Source: an uncultured delta proteobacterium
GTDB lineage: Bacteria > Desulfobacterota > Binatia > UBA9968
DNA: 64,000 nt
Direction: 5' to 3'
Assembly: GCA_963737905.1 (NCBI GenBank)
Contig: CAVTUQ010000026.1
Location: forward strand, 96,001 to 160,000
Notes under the pieces: generated by a model
Told to the model about the DNA's origin: nothing
Seen by the model: only the letters and a program-made list of their open reading frames with translations
Databases searched by the model: none
Translations under genes and position numbers: made by a program
Shown here: piece after piece, positions 20,974-29,879 of the stretch
How positions within the stretch are numbered: position 1 is the first letter of the stretch
Layout: each line of letters opens with the position of its first letter

Positions 20974-22050
20974 ATGGCTGACGCATTACGCTATTACATC
21001 GCGCACAACGGGGGTCTGAAGATTATGCAGCCTCAAGGCGGGTCGATGAACACCTTCGGCGAGTTCTTCGAGGGCAAAACGCTGGAGCACTTGATCGGCT
21101 GCCACAACAAACCGGAAGTAGTGTTTGCGGCGGTGGCCTTCGACGGCGGTTATCGAACGCAGGACGGCGGCAAGACATGGGAAAAGATCATGGAAGGAGA
21201 TGTCCGCACCTTCACGGTGGACCCCCATGACGAAAGGATCGTGTACATGGGCATCGGTCCGATTCGGCTGTTTCGCAGCGAGGACGGCGGCACGAAGTGG
21301 GAGCCGCTGGACGGCATGCTCGACTTCTCCGACGAGGTAAAGAAGAAATGGGATGTGCCGCCGAGGCTGCGCGGCATTGAAAAGCCCCACGTGCGACATA
21401 TCTTCATCCACCCCGATGATCAGAATCTATTGTTCGTCTTGCTCGAACACGGCGGAGTATTGCTGAGCCGCGACTGCGGCAAAACCTGGGAAGATCGAAG
21501 CACGGGCATCGACTACGTGGACATGCATTACATCGGGAACTATCCGGGCAGCAAAGAGCGCTACTACGTTTCTTCGGCGCGGGGTTTTTTCCGTAGCGAT
21601 GATGCCGGAAGGCAATGGCACCGTGTGGAAAACGGCATGCCGTGGGCCTATACAGAGCTGCATAGTTACTCTCACGAGTGGCACTTCCTGCCGGGGGATA
21701 CGCCTCGAATGGTGGTGTGCGGCGGTAAAGGTTCGCCGGGCGTGTGGGCGCGTGAAAAGATGAATCCCAAAGGTCACATTTTGCTCAGCGACGACGCCGG
21801 AGAAAATTGGCGCATCGCGACCGGGGGGTTGGAAAAGGAAAATCCGTGGATGCCTTGGGTGTTGTTGCATCATCCCAGCGACGCTCATACGCTTTTTTGC
21901 GGCATGGGCGATGGCTCACGCGGGTATGGATTCGACGCGCGAGTAAAAGGGAAGGGCGCGTTCTATGTGAGCCGCGACCGTGGCGATTCGTGGGAGCCGG
22001 TGTTGAGTGAAACGCCGTCGATTCTAACCGCCTGGGTGGCGGCGAATTGA
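20974..22050 (+). CDS. BNR/Asp-box beta-propeller protein
   Basis: Six S/T-x-D-x-G-x-x-W boxes (TQDGGKTW, SEDGGTKW, SRDCGKTW, SDDAGRQW, SDDAGENW, SRDRGDSW); no signal peptide. Confidence 0.88.
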   Translation: MADALRYYIAHNGGLKIMQPQGGSMNTFGEFFEGKTLEHLIGCHNKPEVVFAAVAFDGGYRTQDGGKTWEKIMEGDVRTFTVDPHDERIVYMGIGPIRLFRSEDGGTKWEPLDGMLDFSDEVKKKWDVPPRLRGIEKPHVRHIFIHPDDQNLLFVLLEHGGVLLSRDCGKTWEDRSTGIDYVDMHYIGNYPGSKERYYVSSARGFFRSDDAGRQWHRVENGMPWAYTELHSYSHEWHFLPGDTPRMVVCGGKGSPGVWAREKMNPKGHILLSDDAGENWRIATGGLEKENPWMPWVLLHHPSDAHTLFCGMGDGSRGYGFDARVKGKGAFYVSRDRGDSWEPVLSETPSILTAWVAAN

Positions 22051-22091
22051 CGTGCCTGCGTTCGCAAGGACACACCTCGACAAAAGGGTGC

Positions 22092-22243
22092 TTCCGGGTT
22101 TTCTGTGAAGAAGTATTCACCACAGAGGCGCCGAGTTCGCAGAGGTCGGAGAATTTTTTTTAATCAATAACTCTTTACTCCGCGTCCTCCGCGCCTTCGC
22201 GGTGCAATCTCCGAGTCTTACTTCGCACGAATGCTGAAGTCCC
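22092..22243. repeat. Dispersed repeat family B, copy 1 (MITE-like)
   Basis: About 150 bp closely matching 59937-60088. Confidence 0.88.
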
Positions 22244-22459
22244 GAAAAAAGAAGGGATTCGAATGAGAGTCGATGGAATAAAGAGTAAAGTTGGAGTCTG
22301 AACACGTCTTTTTCTGAACCCGATCACACTCTTCTATGATTTTGCTTTTTCTCCTTCGCAGTTACTCCTTGTCTCCGCGTCCCCTTGTCACCTGGACCGA
22401 TTTCTACCCCTAACCTTTCACCCCTTACACCGTAAGCAGTCAGGACAGGAGAGAGAACC

Positions 22460-23434
22460 ATGACTATAAGGATTGTTTTCAGCTTACTGCTTACTGTCCT
22501 TCTGCCGGCTGTTTTTCTCGCCGAGGCACAGCAGGCTAAGGTCTATCGTGTCGGGGTTATCCACCAGGGCGGACCGTATAGAGCGGTAGTGGACGGATTA
22601 CGGGACGGGCTCGGGCAGTTGGGATACGAAGAGGGGAAACACATCGTCTTGGAAATCCGAGATACAAAGAGTGATCTGAAGCTCGTCGAGGAGGCAGCAA
22701 GGACTTTCGAACGCGAAAGAATCAACTTGATATACGCGGTTACCACTTCTGTAGTTACACCGGTCAAGAATGTTACCTCGAAGATCCCAATTGTTTTCGT
22801 CGTCGGCAGCGACCCGGTCGCCAGCGGACTGGTGCAGAGCTTTGGGAAACCTGGAGGGAGACTCACAGGTGTTCAGTACTCGACCACGGATCTCACAGGG
22901 AAACGGCTAGAGATCCTAAAGGAAATTCTTCCAAAACTAAGTCGGGTGGTAACCTTCTATAATCCTAGCAACCGCATGGCCATGGAGGCCGCCGCATTGG
23001 CCCGCGAGGCAGCCCGGCAGTTTCGTGTCCAGATAGTCGAGCGACACGCCACCTCTGTCGAAGAGTTGCGCCAGCGCCTCGGAGCGTTCAAAGCCGGAGA
23101 AGCGGATGCCTATTTCTACATCACCGATGGAATGGTAACGAGCCAGGCTCAACTAGTCATTGATATGGCAACGTCAAAAAGGCTGCCGACCATGTTCTCT
23201 GAACAAAATCTCGTTGCTATGGGTGGCCTGGCTAGCTATGGTCAGAATTTTCACGAGACTGGCCGCCTCTCGGCCAAGTATGTTCAGAAAATCATGACAG
23301 GCGCCCCTCCGGGGGACCTACGGGTGGAAATAGTCGATAAGTTCGAGCTGGTGATCAACTTCAAGACGGCTAAGCAAATCGGATTAGCGATACCGCCAAA
23401 CGTGCTGGCGCGGGCGGACAAGGTGATCAAATGA
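22460..23434 (+). CDS. ABC substrate-binding protein (ABC_sub_bind type)
   Basis: DPVASGLVQSFGKPGG, GKRLEILKE and KTAKQIGLAIPPNVLARADKVI motifs. Confidence 0.92.
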   Translation: MTIRIVFSLLLTVLLPAVFLAEAQQAKVYRVGVIHQGGPYRAVVDGLRDGLGQLGYEEGKHIVLEIRDTKSDLKLVEEAARTFERERINLIYAVTTSVVTPVKNVTSKIPIVFVVGSDPVASGLVQSFGKPGGRLTGVQYSTTDLTGKRLEILKEILPKLSRVVTFYNPSNRMAMEAAALAREAARQFRVQIVERHATSVEELRQRLGAFKAGEADAYFYITDGMVTSQAQLVIDMATSKRLPTMFSEQNLVAMGGLASYGQNFHETGRLSAKYVQKIMTGAPPGDLRVEIVDKFELVINFKTAKQIGLAIPPNVLARADKVIK

Positions 23435-23504
23435 TTTTCGATTGCCGATTTTACATCGGGGGAATAACTAATCTAAGATCCTAAATCCAAAAGAGGAGGT
23501 AACC

Positions 23505-24494
23505 ATGGAACAGAGAGCTTTAACGCGGCGTGAGTTTCTAGTTCTTTCCGGCAGCGGTCTGGTGGTGGCGGGTATGCTCGGGCCCCAGGCGGTCCTGGCT
23601 CAGAGCACAACTATTCGCCAGGGATATCAGACCAATATCTGGGGAATGCCGACTTACTATTTGCTCCGCTCTGGCGCGCTCGAGAAGCGGGGGCTCAAGT
23701 TTGAAGAGTTCGCCGTTCCGTCGGGGAACCTGACGATGCAGCAAATGGTGGCGCGGCAGGTGGACCTTGGAACTTATGCCGGCCAATCCTTCGTGACCGG
23801 TTACGACAAGGGCGGCCTTGTCGTAATCGCGCAGATCGAGCACGTGGGAAAGACCGCTCGGGTGATGGCGCGGAAAGAATTGAAGGTCACCAAGGTCGCC
23901 GAGCTCAAGGGGATGAAGATCGGAAACCAGGTGGGCTCCTCGATCGGCAACACGTTCGTGGACATCATCGCGCCGCGTGCTGGGTTGAAGAAGGCGGACT
24001 ATCAGGAAGTCAAGATGAACGTGAACGAAATGGTGGCCGCAGCAGCAGCTAAGTCGATCGATGCGTTCGTCAGCGTGGATCCTTATTGTTCCATCGCTGA
24101 GGCCGAAGGGATCGCCACCACCGTGGTGAGCTTATACGACTACGATCCGATGCCGGTCTTCATGGCGGCAACGCCGGAGTTCGTCGATAAGAACCCGGGA
24201 GCAGTGGTGGAGTACCTCAAAGCCTGGCTCGAAGTCGGTAAAGACTTCAAGCAGAATCCCGGCAAGGTGGGAGAAGTCATTTATACTTTTTTCACGTCCA
24301 AGGGTTACACGATGAGTCGGGAGACTTTCAACAAGGCGATGGGGAACGTCGAAGTGGAACCCGGCTTCCCGGCGAGCGTGTGGCCCTATCTGCAACAAAT
24401 CGCGGAAGGTTTACTCAAGGAAAAGAAGATCAGCACGATTCCGGACTGGAACAAGGCGCTTCGTCCGCAGTTCATGGAGAAAGCCCGCGGCTGA
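23505..24494 (+). CDS. NMT1/SsuA-like ABC substrate-binding protein with Tat signal
   Basis: TRREFL twin-arginine motif; ELKGMKIG. Confidence 0.88.
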   Translation: MEQRALTRREFLVLSGSGLVVAGMLGPQAVLAQSTTIRQGYQTNIWGMPTYYLLRSGALEKRGLKFEEFAVPSGNLTMQQMVARQVDLGTYAGQSFVTGYDKGGLVVIAQIEHVGKTARVMARKELKVTKVAELKGMKIGNQVGSSIGNTFVDIIAPRAGLKKADYQEVKMNVNEMVAAAAAKSIDAFVSVDPYCSIAEAEGIATTVVSLYDYDPMPVFMAATPEFVDKNPGAVVEYLKAWLEVGKDFKQNPGKVGEVIYTFFTSKGYTMSRETFNKAMGNVEVEPGFPASVWPYLQQIAEGLLKEKKISTIPDWNKALRPQFMEKARG

Positions 24495-24538
24495 TGAATC
24501 CACTTCTTGAGCACTTTACCAGCAACTGCCAGAGAGAC

Positions 24539-24946
24539 TCAGGAATTTCTTACCTTGGCTTCCGCGAACAGTTGCTCGGCTGCTTCGGCGCCGTCGGCTC
24601 GGTTATAGTCCTGGTCTAAGTCGCCGTCTCCGGCCGGGCTCTTCACTGTGAAGAAAACGGCGGGACCGCCGATGGCGCGGCTTCGATGGTTGGTAAAGCG
24701 CGGAATGTGGATCAGGTCGCCGCGCTCGCAGATGCGCTCTTCGTCGCCGAGAACGAAGTGGAGCTTGCCGTCAAGGACGAGAGTGAACTGCTCCTCGTTA
24801 GGGTGCATATGAAGCGGGGGGCCTTCGTCTTCCGGCTTGGTGACTATTCCCGCTTTCATAAATTCACCGACAGCGCTCTGCACGAACTGCTGTGGGTTTG
24901 CCGTGCTGGGGTTCTGTTGCATCTCCGCGATTTTGTAGAAAGGCAT
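24539..24946 (-). CDS. Cupin domain protein
   Basis: PLHMHPNEEQ and GDLIHIPRFTNH cupin motifs. Confidence 0.9.
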   Translation of the reverse strand: MPFYKIAEMQQNPSTANPQQFVQSAVGEFMKAGIVTKPEDEGPPLHMHPNEEQFTLVLDGKLHFVLGDEERICERGDLIHIPRFTNHRSRAIGGPAVFFTVKSPAGDGDLDQDYNRADGAEAAEQLFAEAKVRNS

Positions 24947-25099
24947 TGTCTATCCCTCCATCTCTGCCGGCCAGTCTGGATCTCCCCTTACTCCAAGGCA
25001 GAATGAATGTCCAGCCTGTTCCGGTCGTGGACTGGGGCGCGCAAGTTGGCATTCCGAGGCGAAGCCGAGAATCTGGAATTCAATTGAAGGAGGCATCCC

Positions 25100-25340
25100 A
25101 TGGTAACTCGTAGCACGTCGAATTTCGGCCTGGTCGGCACCGACTGGCGGCAACGCATCTGGTACCGGCTCAAGCCCGGCCTGCGCTACGCGCTCCCATG
25201 CGAAGGCGCCGAGCCCAGAGACTCAGCATGGCAAACCGCTTCAGTGGGGTGTGCGACTTGAAGAGATGATGGTGGTGACCGAGAAAGGACCCGAAATCAC
25301 AACTCAATTTCCCATCGAGGAGATCACGACTATTGATTAG
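25100..25340 (+). pseudogene. Internally deleted M24 (Xaa-Pro peptidase) family gene relic
   Basis: AGGAGG RBS, then MVTRSTSNFGLVGTDWRQRI / WYRLKPGLRYALPC / ETQHGKPLQWGVRLEEMMVVTEKGPEITTQFP*. The last block is an M24 C-terminal GVRLEE motif. Confidence 0.7.
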
Positions 25341-25383
25341 GTCGGAGAAGAACGCAGAGCATGCCCAGTAAAAACTGATGGTG

Positions 25384-26030
25384 CTACATCGGTGGCATGA
25401 TGCCGCCGACACCAACGGTGATGCGAGTAGCCGTAAGCGTTCCATCCTCGCCCCGCACGGCTGGAATAAAGACGCCGGTTCCCGGCTTCAGGAGCGATCG
25501 GTCCGCGGACACATTTTTCACAATGGGGGTTCCGGGGGGAACAAAGACTTTTTGCTCTCCGTTTTTGTACTTGAGAGTCAGTAACTCTCCCTGAACCTTC
25601 TCAACCGCGACCTGCTCTACTTTCTCGACGCTGGCGTTGGTCATCGTTGAGCCAGGCTGCAGATCCCACGGTCGGTGTCCTTCACCGGTGCCCCGACCGC
25701 TCTCCGGGAAGATATGGACCTCAAGAGCCTTCAGATTGCCGTCGGCTTGTTTAACGAGGTCGCGCCGACATAGTTTCCCGCTGTGATATCGGAAAGTTTG
25801 GCCGCTTCTACGCCACCGACCCTGACATTGTCCGGCAACTTGACTAACACCTCGCCTGCCGATGTCGTTACTTTGAGCGAGTCTTTTTCTATCGCGGAAA
25901 TCTTTCCGCGAATCGTAACGGGCTTTCCTTGTGGCGCTTGCGCCTGAGTCGTCTCGAGTTGAACGACACAGATCAGCGCAGTGACAGTGATAAACCGGAG
26001 GGCATGAATAGCTATGCGATGAATTTTCAT
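25384..26030 (-). CDS. Exported beta-rich conserved protein (DUF5666-like), frameshift near 25745
   Basis: Signal peptide, IRGKISAIE; other frame gives ALEVHIFPESGRGTGEGHRPWDLQPGSTMTNA...GGIMPPM. Confidence 0.75.
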
Positions 26031-26186
26031 CTGTCTTCCTTTCTTATGGGCACAATGCGATTGCGGTGGCTCGAAGATAGCCCGCCACTGTTTGTAATCA
26101 TTCTCAAGCTTGGGTTGGGAGAGTGAAACGAACTAGATGAGGTTTTGGCGGTTAGATTTCGGGTTGTTTCAATCAATCCGACCGTG

Positions 26187-26414
26187 TCAGCTATCTTTCG
26201 TAAAGGGATTCGGCTCCTCCAGTAATTCCTTTTTTAGCTCGGCACGGACGTGGGCAAGCCTATGTTGAAACCACGAATTCGCTCTTGGCCGGAAAACTCT
26301 CGGAACAAGCTCGTCGCCGGTGTAAACTCCTCCGTTTACCGGGCTCTGCTCAAAAATAAGCCGCCAATCCACGATCCTTTCGTCTTTTTTGACTTGGTTA
26401 CGCCGAAAGACCAT
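26187..26414 (-). CDS. Hypothetical protein, possibly a gene fragment
   Basis: 75-aa ORF with protein-like composition; no family recognised. Confidence 0.3.
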   Translation of the reverse strand: MVFRRNQVKKDERIVDWRLIFEQSPVNGGVYTGDELVPRVFRPRANSWFQHRLAHVRAELKKELLEEPNPFTKDS

Positions 26415-26895
26415 AAACTTCCCCTCTGGATGATAAGGTGCTCGGTCAAATACCTCCCATCAAGCTCACCAAAGCAGGCTCAGAAGCATAATCTATTGGT
26501 AGCGTTATAGACTGTCTGAGCCCAAGGAGTCCCATAACAAAGCATCCTCATCCATGTCAATAGGGGCGAAAAGAACGGACAATGTCCGGCGCGATATGCC
26601 CGGTCCGCTCGAAGGAAACGTCAGGGAACTCACCTTCTCTGCGACTCGCCACCGCCGCGCCGCTGGCGTAAATTCGGCTGACGTCATCATTCCGACCGTT
26701 GGCGCAGCTCAGCCTCAGGTTATCTTTCGCTGTCCGAATCTTTTGCGAATTGGCCCTGTACCGCGCTCCCATATACATGCTCGATCCTTAAAGAGCCGAA
26801 ATCCGAACCGTTGGCCTCCAACCGTTGGCCATCAAACCAGCCACGAATTTTTTCTTAGTTATTGGCGGAACGCGGTTGTTGAGCTTGTCTGCTGC

Positions 26896-26925
26896 CATGA
26901 TACAATGGATTTACATTGTATCATG
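26896..26925. promoter_or_regulatory. Perfect inverted repeat, probable TA autoregulatory operator
   Basis: CATGATACAATG-N6-CATTGTATCATG immediately before the AAGGAG RBS of the antitoxin. Confidence 0.8.
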
Positions 26926-26940
26926 CTAAAGGAGATTTCC

Positions 26941-27168
26941 ATGGTGAAACGGTTAACCCAACATGGCAACAGCGCGGCGCTGATTATCGATAAGCCCGTA
27001 CTCGACCTCCTGAATATCACGATGGATACCCCTCTGGAAATCGCCACTGACGGGCGAAACTTGATTATCTCTCCGGTTCAAAGCGCACGGCGAGAGCAGC
27101 GATTTCGCTCCGCCCTCGAAGCCGTAAACCGCCGGCACAGCAAAACTCTGAAGGCTTTGGCAGAGTAA
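26941..27168 (+). CDS. AbrB/MazE-family antitoxin
   Basis: MVKRLTQHGNSAALIIDKPVLDLLNI; directly upstream of doc. Confidence 0.9.
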   Translation: MVKRLTQHGNSAALIIDKPVLDLLNITMDTPLEIATDGRNLIISPVQSARREQRFRSALEAVNRRHSKTLKALAE

Positions 27169-27176
27169 TCTCTTCC

Positions 27177-27569
27177 GTGGCCGATACCCTTTTTCTGACC
27201 CTTGCCGAAATGGTAGAAATCCATGCCGATCAAATTCATCGCTACGGCGGTCAGGCAGGCGTTCGAGATTTGGGGCTGTTAGAATCTGCGCTGGCCCAAC
27301 CGGAAGCCTCCTTTGCGGGAGCGTGGCTGCATAAGGATCATTATGAAATGGCTGCCGCCTACGCCTATCACCAGTGTCAAAATCACCCCTTCATCGATGG
27401 CAATAAACGAGCCGCGCTGGCCGCAGCGCTGGTGTTTCTTGAGCTTAACGGCATCAGCATTTTGGATCCAAGAGGACGGCTGAAAAATGCCATGTTTCGT
27501 ATCGCCTCCGGCAAGATGAACAAAGCGGACTTCGTCAAGCTCTTGAGGAAATTGCCTCGCGCAATCTGA
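27177..27569 (+). CDS. doc: Doc (death-on-curing) family toxin, Fic fold
   Basis: GVRDLGLLESALAQP and NHPFIDGNKR motifs. Confidence 0.93.
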   Translation: MADTLFLTLAEMVEIHADQIHRYGGQAGVRDLGLLESALAQPEASFAGAWLHKDHYEMAAAYAYHQCQNHPFIDGNKRAALAAALVFLELNGISILDPRGRLKNAMFRIASGKMNKADFVKLLRKLPRAI

Positions 27570-27744
27570 CCTTTGGCGTGCCGATCAGTGCCGCAAAAAA
27601 CGCGGTACAGCGCATCTCATCAAACCAGTAGGTTAGAAACTTGACGTCATATTTATCTTGAAGCGCCAGATCCTTCTGGTGTGCATCTGCCACGGCATGT
27701 CGAGTTGCCCCTTCGATGTAGTGGCGATCCATGTAAACGGGCAT
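27535..27744 (-). pseudogene. Truncated DUF4242-domain gene
   Basis: MPVYMDRH..AVADAHQKDL..QDKYDVKFLTYWFDE..TAF; similarity stops near 27600 where it meets the doc 3' end. Confidence 0.75.
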
Positions 27745-27784
27745 ATTTCATCTTCTCTCGCTAAAGATCACGCCGCTATTGGTG

Positions 27785-28546
27785 TTACAAGTCGCCGAGG
27801 TTCGCTTCCGTGATCAGTTTCCATAGACGCGGAGGATTTCCAGTGTCGAGTTCAATCATATAAAGTTCGTCATTGGCCTGCCGGATCGACGTGGTTTGCT
27901 CGAGGGTTAGACCAAAAACCGCCCGGAGAATCATTTGATTGGTAATGGCATGGGCAACGATAAGAATCGCTCCCGAGCGGTGCTGTCTGCGGATCTCTTC
28001 GAAAGTAGTGCGAACACGGTCATAGAATTGGTTCAACGACTCCCCTCCATCGAGCTCGTCATCGGGATCGCGACTTCGTCTCGGGTATTCTTGTGCGGTC
28101 TCCGGATCTATCCTTTTATCCAAATATTTCCCCTCAAACTTCCCGATCCTTCGTTCCCTCAATCCGGCCAGGCTATTCAGGGGGACTTCACCGCGCACGA
28201 TCTCAGCAGTGTCTCGACTGCGACTAAGAGTACTGGAGTAAACGGCGTCTAAGTGAACTCCCTTTAGGCGCTCTGCAAGTTTGGCTGCCTGTTGCCGCCC
28301 CGTCGAGTTCAAAGGGATATCGGTATCTCCTTGAAGGCGGTGGTCGCGGTTCCAGTCTGTTTCTCCATGGCGGGCGAGATAAATTCTAAGCGTCGTGACG
28401 GGCTGGTCTGCGACGGCTTGCCCTGCTCCTAATGTCAAGGGAAACGAAAGGAGGAGAAGACACAACGCTAACCCGGCCAACGTCCAAGATATCGTACGGC
28501 GACGTGCTCGGTCGAACCTGTTCGCATAATATCCTGTCTTCTGCAC
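27785..28546 (-). CDS. Histidine phosphatase (phosphoglycerate mutase) family, probably exported
   Basis: YLARHGETDWN, SSTLSRSRDTA and LIVAH motifs; N-terminal hydrophobic helix. Confidence 0.9.
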   Translation of the reverse strand: MQKTGYYANRFDRARRRTISWTLAGLALCLLLLSFPLTLGAGQAVADQPVTTLRIYLARHGETDWNRDHRLQGDTDIPLNSTGRQQAAKLAERLKGVHLDAVYSSTLSRSRDTAEIVRGEVPLNSLAGLRERRIGKFEGKYLDKRIDPETAQEYPRRSRDPDDELDGGESLNQFYDRVRTTFEEIRRQHRSGAILIVAHAITNQMILRAVFGLTLEQTTSIRQANDELYMIELDTGNPPRLWKLITEANLGDL

Positions 28547-29043
28547 AAGATCTCCTTTCGAAATTCGGACAAACCGATAATCTACGTCCGGCCGTAACCC
28601 CGGATGCCGAACGCTCCGACTTTAACATCAACGGACAACTACTAAGGAGTTCATTGGTTAGTAGACATAAGACGCCCAGGGGGCGAGTCATGGAGAGCGC
28701 GGGCACCCAAACGCAAAGGAAGCGTTCAGGCCCGGGCGGCTGGAATAACCACTCCTGGAGTGGATCGGGTGGTGGCCGACAAGGCACAGGCTTATTGCCC
28801 GCGCGCGGAAGGACTCGTCCCTTGGGCTTTTCCGAACCCTTGTTGTCTACATACTTATGAACTCCTTAAATAAGTGAGCGGGCCTAATCTTCGGCATTTG
28901 TGAAGAATATGTCAATCTGATCGCGATCACCTTTGACAGCGGGTGAGGGCTATTACAAAAGACATTATAGCTCGGTCTCCGAGCTTACGGGTCCGAGCTC
29001 GTTTCAACAGCCCGAGCTCTGGCGATAAAGGGCCTCCTTAGGT

Positions 29044-29073
29044 TTGACAGAAAAGTTCCTTATCGCGTAGTCT
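29044..29073 (+). promoter_or_regulatory. Putative sigma70 promoter TTGACA-N18-TAGTCT
   Basis: About 95 nt upstream of the Tat/GMC gene pair. Confidence 0.5.
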
Positions 29074-29166
29074 CTGTCTCAGAATAGGGTAGCCCATTGT
29101 CATCCGCTGAACTCAAGTGTTAATTCACTGCTCGCTGCTGACTGAAGCGAACGAACTCGTCACGTC

Positions 29167-29757
29167 ATGTTTCAAGTTAAGCATCTATCACGACGCCGTT
29201 TTTTAACAGTTGTAAGTTTAGTTGCAGGGGTGTCCGCGGCAGCCGCTGTTCAACGTTGGGGCGTTGGCCAATTCGCTTCAATTTGGTCGCGCATCTACAA
29301 CGGGCTCATAGATCCAGGTCTTAAAGATGCAGCTGAAGGTCCACTGGGCGAAGGGGCGGTCCGAGCGCTTCTGGCGACGACGGAAGCGTTCGTTGGTACC
29401 GAGATCGAGAGAAGTCATTATGAAGCCTTTTTTCGCTGGCGGTCCGAGAATCTCAGTGGATACCGAAGTCTTTATGAGCGATTCGCAGTAGTGGTTGATC
29501 GCGCGGCAAAGGAGTCGCGCAAACCTGATTTTGCCAGATGTGATATGGAGGTGCGACGGGAAATACTTCAAAGGTTCAAGCCTAACACATACGCGCTAGT
29601 TTTTGAACGCGACGGTTTGCGCTTTGAGAAGTATATCTTCCAGCAGATCCTCGATTTGTTTTCACACACCGACGCATGGATTTTGCTAGGCTATAAATCT
29701 TGGCCTGGTACTCCCAGGGGGCTGGATGCGTATACCAAAGCACCCAGCAAAGCATGA
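29167..29757 (+). CDS. Tat-exported partner subunit (gluconate 2-dehydrogenase subunit 3-like)
   Basis: SRRRFL motif; C-terminal AWILLGYKSWPG; adjacent to a GMC gene. Confidence 0.7.
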   Translation: MFQVKHLSRRRFLTVVSLVAGVSAAAAVQRWGVGQFASIWSRIYNGLIDPGLKDAAEGPLGEGAVRALLATTEAFVGTEIERSHYEAFFRWRSENLSGYRSLYERFAVVVDRAAKESRKPDFARCDMEVRREILQRFKPNTYALVFERDGLRFEKYIFQQILDLFSHTDAWILLGYKSWPGTPRGLDAYTKAPSKA

Positions 29758-29879
29758 CGCGAGAGATTCCGCCCGTACCACGGAAGGGTTCCCAGGAGAG
29801 TCGGGGTTGTTGCCTCGCGGCGGTTTTTTCTTTGCCCCGTCGTGCTGGCTTTAACAATAGCCTGTTAGTTTAGCTTGCA

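Noticed and set aside
26554-26940. 204-aa extended antitoxin ORF
   Set aside because: The RBS, operator and AbrB motif place the real start at 26941.
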